Of a stretch of DNA of 64,000 nt, positions 57,451 to 64,000 are shown piece after piece (position 1 is the first letter of the stretch; every line of letters begins with the position of its first letter). A program made the translations under genes and the position numbers. Location: NCBI RefSeq assembly GCF_009914755.1, contig NC_060925.1; one strand, given 5' to 3'. The notes under the pieces were generated by a model. The model was not told the origin of the DNA. It was given only the letters and a program-made list of their open reading frames with translations, and did no database searches. This DNA is from the human T2T-CHM13v2.0 reference genome, Homo sapiens.

Positions 57451-60400
57451 TGCTGATCCTTCAGACACACGTCAGCCAGGGCACCCTCCCACTAGATATC
57501 ATGTGGTGACTCTCCCTGTGGTTGGATCTGAACCCGAGCCAGGCGCTTATGGCAGCCACGCGTGTCACACAGCATGTGTGTCCCCTCCAAATGTGCTCCC
57601 TCACCACATCCTGATGCGATTCTTGGAATTACATGGTTTCCACTGCACATGGGGAAGTTGAAAATCAGATTTTCCATCACTTGCTTGTCAGTGTCCTCTG
57701 TGACAGTTTCTGATTCCAGATCTGATGCTTTTTCCATTTATGACCCATTGCTTGGCCTGATTCCTTAAACTCAGTCCTTCTGAGTGAAGCAGGAGAGTGG
57801 AAGCGTCTGGTTCCTTCTTTGGGGCTCCAGCCTGTCCATCTGGATTTCCTCTTGTGAGTGCAGTGGTAACACTCTTCACCCCAGGGGCTTGGTAGTCACG
57901 TTTGCAGGACAATGGGTGCTCTTACTGGGTTTAATGCTAAATCTCCCAAAATGAAAGGCCAGCTGCAGAGTAGGAGAAGAACAAGGGCTGAGTGATTTGA
58001 TCAGACATCTGTGGGGGCCTGCTGGCATTTGGAGTGTGAGTGCCTTAGAGAGACTGACTATTCTGGCCCCAGGGAGTTGGCGACCGTTAATCTTGGTGGT
58101 TTTGACCGCTAACTGCCCCAGAGGTCCCAGCCTGCTGGATGACTCAGAATCCCCAACACTCCCCCTATTCTTCTCTCACTGGGATAGTCAGGAGGCCATT
58201 TCTAAGGCATTTTAATTTGGTAATAACTTGACATGACCCACTGTACCCAGAGTTGTACGTTTTAGGAGTTACTGTCGCTTTCTAAATGAGGGGTTGATTT
58301 GGAGCCCATCATCCTTGATATTGGACTGCCTTCCACTGCCATGGAGAGAGCAGTATCTCCTGCCTTGCCTGCTGGGCTCCAGCTCCCTCTCCATTGTAGA
58401 TGACGTGATCCTGTGCCCCCTGGACTGTCCCACAGCCCTTATTCTTTAAGTACCTTGCCAAAAGTTGATGGGGTAAACTAGAGAGAAAAGAGGTGGCCAA
58501 AGGTCTGTCTGTTGTTCATTTATTTCTGCACTGCACTGTGTTAAGAAGGGCACCTGCTGTCCATCTTTCTGCTGTTTATGAAACTTTCTGGAATTCAGAA
58601 AGACCACAGGAACTCACAGCACAAGGCAGGCAAGCAGATGGTGGGGACTGGGGACAGGACATGAAGAGACTCAAAATGCCTTACTGCCGCAGACCAAAGC
58701 TGTGTGAGGCCTTCTGGACTGTCTTCTCCACCCCGTGTCTGACTGTGTTGACCACTCCTGTGCTGTCCTGTGCCTTCCTCCGTGACCGTGTTGGTGGCAG
58801 TGCCCTGTTAAGAGTTCCTCCACTGGTGTTAGAGACCTTGGGTTCTAATCCAGTGTCTACCACTTGTATGATCTTGGATTAGTCTCTTCATCTTTCTAGG
58901 CCTTGTGTGTAAATTAATTCATAGCACCAACTCACAGAGTTGTTGAGAGAGCTAACTGAAAACATCTAGAACGTTTTTGTCACTGTGCCTAGTCAAAAAG
59001 CTTCTAGTCAGTTCTGTAATTGCACTGAGGTTTATATTTCATTTCAAAAATACAGTTGTTTACATAAGAAAATATTGTTTTTCTCTTGTTAGACTTTTGG
59101 CTTTCTTTTGCCTACCAAATAAAGTCCCAACTCCTTGGCTTGTCACTCAGCCTTCAGATTTGCATTTCAGGCTTTGAATTTCCGTGGTGGGGGATGCTTG
59201 AAAATGTAGATTTCTAAAAGAAATTGTGCATTGATCAGATGAGTTTGTGTTCAATGAGCAGTTACTCTGTGTAAGGCTCTGGGCTAGGCCCGAGGGGTCT
59301 GTGGTGAATCAGACATGACACACACTAGGCAGTGGCATCATCATTTCTGGTACCACCACCCCACACCCACCCAGTCCAGACCCTGCAGAAGGCAGCCTGG
59401 AGGGTAGGCTTGCCACAGGGCCCCAGCACAGTAGAGCAGCTGGGCACCAGAGTTTTGGCAGCAGGCCCAAGGGTGGGGGTGGAGGAGGTGGGGACTCAGA
59501 ACTGGCAGCCAGCCAGGGCTCACTCAGGTGCCCCAGCATGCAGGGCCTCCAGCCCCGGCAGTCACGGAGCCCATTCACTGACTATATCCTGTTCTTTGGC
59601 TGTGATCTTCTCTAGACTGCATAGTGCAGAGATTTTGGTGGCAGGGCAGTGACTCCAGACCCACATTGAACGCATAAGACGTTGAAACCCAAAGATGTGA
59701 GGTGGCATGATTATGGTCACACAGCAACAGGCCAGGATTAGAACACAAGTCTTCTGAAAAATATGTAGCAGTCTCAGCCTTGTGGGTTCCTGAGATTGCC
59801 TTGTCTGCCGTGAGACTGTCAGGGTCATTTTGTTCCTTAAGAAAGTTTTAGGGGTCTTCTTTGTGCCCATTTATGCAAGGCACTGGAGAGGGTAGGCAGG
59901 GTTAAATCAGCCTCTGACCTTAGGAATTTACAGTGTATCAAGGGAGACATACTACCAAAAATTACAATACAGAATAGCAAGTGCTGGGGGTAAGTATATG
60001 ATGTGAGGGGAAGGGGGAGTGACTATACAAGCACAGAGGAGGCACTTAGCCCAATCCGAGGGTCAGGGAATCACTCCCAGTGAAGCTGATATTTAAGCTT
60101 AATCATGAAGGACCAATAGTTGTTAGCCAGATGAAGAAGGACAAGGAATAACATTCCAGGCAGAGAGACCAGGAAACCATCCTCAACTAAAAGTCTAATG
60201 GTTATGTCAGTAGCCCCAGTGACATAATTTATCGTGTCTATATTCGGTCACTGTTCGGGACAGTTCCCACTACTGGGGAATGGTTCCCACTGGATGGATC
60301 ATAGCCTGAGTGGAGAGAATAAAAGCAGATGAGGCTGGCCATGTAGGAACATACAAGGAAGGTGGAAAGGCCAGGGGCTCTGAGTATCAAAGCCTGAGTA

Positions 60401-60504
60401 GCTGTATTCTGTGAACTCCAAGCACCACTCCCCCGGGTATTGGAGCCTTGATAGAGCTCCTCGTTTCCTTGGTATCAGGCTTCCTGCAAAGAATTATGAG
60501 TTTG

Positions 60505-60631
60505 AGCTGGGCACAGTGGCTCAATGCCTGTAATCCCAACACTTTGGGAGGCCAAGGCGAGAGGATCGCTTGAACTCAGGAGTTTAAGACCTGCCTGGGC
60601 AACATAATGAAACCCTGTCTCTTAAAAAGAA
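60505..60631 (+). mobile_element. FLAM_C monomer
   Basis: Single Alu arm with a short A-tail. Confidence 0.8.
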
Positions 60632-60738
60632 ATCTGTGAGAATCCAGTTAAGTTCCTTTTACAGATACCATCCAGGGGCCTGACTTATTTATCTATCTAT
60701 TCCTTTAGGGTTGGGGATTTGTTTTGTTTTTACCCTTA

Positions 60739-60984
<246 letters not shown>

Positions 60985-61044
60985 TTAATAACCCACTCAG
61001 TGCTCAGTGCCTGGCAAGCTGTAACTTTCCTTCTCTTCCCATAG

Positions 61045-61137
61045 GCCTGCTGAATTAGCCACCAAGTACGCAAACTTTTCAGAGGGAGCTTGCAAGCCTG
61101 GCTATGCTTCAGCCTTGATGACGGCCATCTTCCCCCG
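61045..61137 (+). CDS. ST3GAL3: ST3GAL3 coding exon (exon 5), 93 nt, phase 2-2: PAELATKYANFSEGACKPGYASALMTAIFP(R), containing N-glycosylation sequon NFS
   Basis: Acceptor ctttccttctcttcccatag|G and donor CCCG|gtaagt. The peptide matches ST3GAL3. Confidence 0.98.
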
Positions 61138-61447
61138 GTAAGTGCTCCTGTTTCCCTCCACTGCCTAGACAGCCTGGTCTGGGGTCCAAGAGCCAGAAAC
61201 TCTGCCTCTCACAGCCAGTCATGTTCTCCTATGCTCTGGAAACCATGGGTTCCTGGAAAGGACTCTGCCTTTAAGTTGGTTCCTACTCCAGTCCTACTCC
61301 ATGCCGTTGCTTTGCCTTACTCCCATCCTGCCTCTGGAGCTTGCACCTTGTGGCACAGCCTGTTTCTGCAGAAGGATAACCTACATGGTTGCCGCATGCA
61401 AGCCAGGTATCCAGAGGCAGCCAGAGAAGGCTGCCAAGCACAGAAGC

Positions 61448-61509
61448 TCCTAGACCTAGTATCAGTGGCCAAAGAAACTTTTTTGGAAGCTTGGACCAAC
61501 TAGCTGGCT
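61448..61509 (+). ncRNA. MIR6079: Annotated intronic microRNA hairpin; mature sequence TTGGAAGCTTGGACCAACTAGCTG at 61483-61506
   Basis: The mature sequence and intronic position match my recollection of hsa-miR-6079. Imperfect stem (ctagt/actag, ggccaa/ttggacc). Hairpin ends approximate. Confidence 0.7.
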
Positions 61510-62842
61510 TCAGGGAGGCATATCCAAATAAAGCAGGGAACAAAGAGAAATTTCTGAGGCTGTCTTGAGTTTTAGCACTTTCCTTCTCTGTCCATTTTGC
61601 ATTCTGGAGCTGCTGACTTCTTTGGCACCTGAAAGAATCTGTGCATAACCCAGGGAGTTCCTTTTACCGAATGCTGCTAAGGGGTCTTGCTTACTGATCC
61701 ACCTTCTCCTTTTTGGTTTTCTTTTCTGAAGCCTTGGTGTGGAAAAGGAGCTGAAGTGCTGAGATTGTCTTTGGAGTGCAGTGAGACTGTCAGGGTCATT
61801 TCGTTCCTTCTGATTTGGAGGGGCTGAAGGAAAGGCTGCCTAGGATTGTCTGGGCACTTGGACCACCAGAGGAGTGCTAGGGGTGGGCTCTGCTCACTGG
61901 GGGAAGGACTTGCCTCCCATCCCTTAGAAGGCTGAGGTTAGGACACGTAATGTGCTTGCAAAGGAATGCTGAGAAACAGCTCGCCCCAAAGTGACTCCGG
62001 TATATTTGGTTTTTATGCTCCCTTTCTTTTCTAACGTGAGCAGTCTCAGCTTAGCTCCTTGTGTAAAGCAAGGGCTATGCTGGCTGAGTATCTGGTGCTC
62101 AGATAGAGATCTCTTTGTCCAGGGTCTGCCTTCTGAATTGATTCCAAATATTTTGCTTCCTCCAGCTATTTATTGAGTGCCCCTGTGTCTGGCTTTTTGT
62201 GTTCTGTATTCTTAACACAGGTTTTTGCAAGCCTATACGACTCAGTCCTTAGCCCAGACACTTGTGAGTTTTCCTTTACCAGTATATAGGTTTCGTTTGC
62301 TTTTTCTAATTGAAAGTAATACAGGCATGTGGAAACAAAACAAAACAAAAAAACCTCAAACAGTACAAAAGGTTATATACTGCCACTCCAGACTCCTTCC
62401 CCAGAGACAGCCAATATTACCAAAAGTGGGAACATAACTGTATTTAATATTCTGTACTGTGTATTAGGCCGTTCTTGCATGTCTATGAAAAAACATCTGA
62501 GACTGGGCAAATTGTAAAGAAAAGAGGTTTAATTGGCTTATGGTTCATCAGGCTTTACAGGAAGTATGGTGCTGGCACCTGCTTCACTTCTAGGAAGGCC
62601 TCAGGAAACTTAAAATCATGCCAGAAAGCAAAGGGGGAGCAGGCACGTCATATGGCAAAAGCAGGAGCAAGTGAGTGAAGGAGAGAGAAAGAGAGGAAGT
62701 GCTACGCACTTTTAAACAACCAGATCTCACAAGAATTCACTCATTTTCACAAGAACAGCACCAGGGGGATGGTGCTAAGTCATTCATGAGAGACCACCGC
62801 CATGATCCAGTCACCTACCACCAGGCCCCATTGGAGATTACA

Positions 62843-63152
62843 TTTTTTTCCCTTCCTTTTTTTTTTTTTTTTGAGACAGGGTCTTGCGGTGTTGCCCAGG
62901 CTGGAGTGCAGTGGTGCGATCTTGGCTCACTGCAGCCTTGACCTCCGGGCTCAAGCAATTAGCCACCTCAGCCTCCCAAGTAGTTGGGACTCCAGGCGCA
63001 TGCAACCACACGTGGCTAATTTTTGTATTTCTGGTAGAGGTGGGGTTTTGCCATGTTGCCCAGGCTGGTCTCAAATTCCTGGGCTCAAGCGATCCACCCA
63101 CCTTGGCCTCCCAAAGTGCTGGGATTACAAGTTTGAGCCACTGAGCCTGTCT
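62843..63152 (-). mobile_element. AluJ inside the MST LTR
   Basis: TSD ggagattaca / ggggattacc. Confidence 0.9.
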
Positions 63153-63322
63153 GGGGATTACCTTTCAACATCAGATTTGGGCAGGGACAAATATTCAAAC
63201 TGTATCATTTTGTCCCTGGCCTCCACAAATCTTATGTCCTTCTCACATTTCAACATACAGTCATCCCTTCTCAGTAGTCCCTGCGAAATCTTAACTCATT
63301 CTAGCATTAACTCAAAAGTCCT

Positions 63323-63630
63323 ACTGTGGTCCTGTGATCTCGCCCTGCTTCCACTTGCCTTGTGATATTCTATTACCCTGTTAAGTACCTGATGTCTGTC
63401 ACCCACACCTATTTGCACACTCCCTCCCCTTTTGAAAATCCCTAATAAAAACTTGCTGGTTTTTGTGGCTTGTGGGGCATCACGGATCCTACCAACGTGT
63501 GATGTCTCCCCCGGATGCCCAGCTTTAAAATTTCTCTCTTTTGTACTCCGTCCCTTTATTTCTCAAGCTGGCCGATGCTTAGGAAAAATAGAAAAGAACC
63601 TACGTGATTATCAGGGCAGGTCCCCTGATA
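63323..63630 (+). mobile_element. MER11 (ERVK) LTR 3' portion nested in MST-int
   Basis: ccctccccttttgaaaatccctaataaaaacttgctgg...gaaaagaacctacgtg...ggtcccctgata. Confidence 0.8.
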
Positions 63631-64000
63631 CTAAGTCCCAAATCTAAATTCTTATCTGGAAATGAGTTCCTTTCACCTATGAGACTGTAAAATCAAAACA
63701 AGTTGCTTACTTCCGAGATACAATGGGGGTATAGGCATTGGGTAAACATCCCATTCCAAAAAGGGGTAATCAGCCATAAGAAAGGGGCTATACGCCCCAT
63801 GCAAGTTTGAAACCCAGCAAGGCAGTCATTAAATCTTAAAGCTCCAAAATTATCTCTTTTGACTCTGTGCCCCACATTCAGGGCACACTGGTGCAAGAAG
63901 TGGGCCCCCAAGATCTTGGGCAGCTCCGCCCCTGTGGCTTTGCAGGGTGCAGCCCCTGTGGCTGCTCTCATGGGCTGGCGTTGAGTGCCTGAGGCTTTTT

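Larger units (their letters stand above)
62460..64000 (-). mobile_element. MSTA/MSTB LTR (62460-63207) followed by MST internal sequence running off the window
   Basis: tgtattaggccgttcttgc...aagaaaagaggtttaattggc...caaactgtatca, then gatacaatgggggtataggcattgggtaaa. Confidence 0.88.

Noticed and set aside
57492-57737. Protein-like minus-strand ORF MEKASDLESETVTEDTDKQ...
   Set aside because: No recognisable homologue, poly-A or TSD, and it overlaps MIR-like sequence.

Overview
Primate (very probably human) genomic DNA lying entirely within the ST3GAL3 gene (ST3 beta-galactoside alpha-2,3-sialyltransferase 3) on the + strand. The gene is identified from three short GT-AG exons that splice in frame into the recognisable stem-region peptide (N)SVVLSFDSAGQTLGS / EYDRLGFLLNLDSKL / PAELATKYANFSEGACKPGYASALMTAIFP(R) at 14898-14945, 37684-37726 and 61045-61137. 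A 162-nt in-frame cassette exon (47545-47706) is largely an exonised MER5-type hAT MITE whose donor sits inside the MITE's own hairpin. A second candidate alternative exon (MMAKAVEK...TLE, donor after 55416) is in phase with the next exon, and the annotated MIR6079 sequence lies about 350 nt downstream of the last exon. The rest is intron dense in repeats: more than 25 Alu/FLAM copies (many with readable TSDs), L1, L2, MIR, a CR1/L3 RT relic, MaLR and MER11 LTRs, hAT/Tigger DNA transposons and microsatellites. Most ORF-track entries are repeat-derived or spurious. Other points of interest are a twin-primed inverted L1, a ~615-nt polypyrimidine tract grown from an Alu-monomer tail, G-quadruplex motifs before a skippable exon, and an unexplained 28/29-nt direct repeat bracketing the last exon. 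I found no evidence of a wholly new multi-gene system. Repeat subfamily names are assigned from memory of consensus sequences and are tentative.
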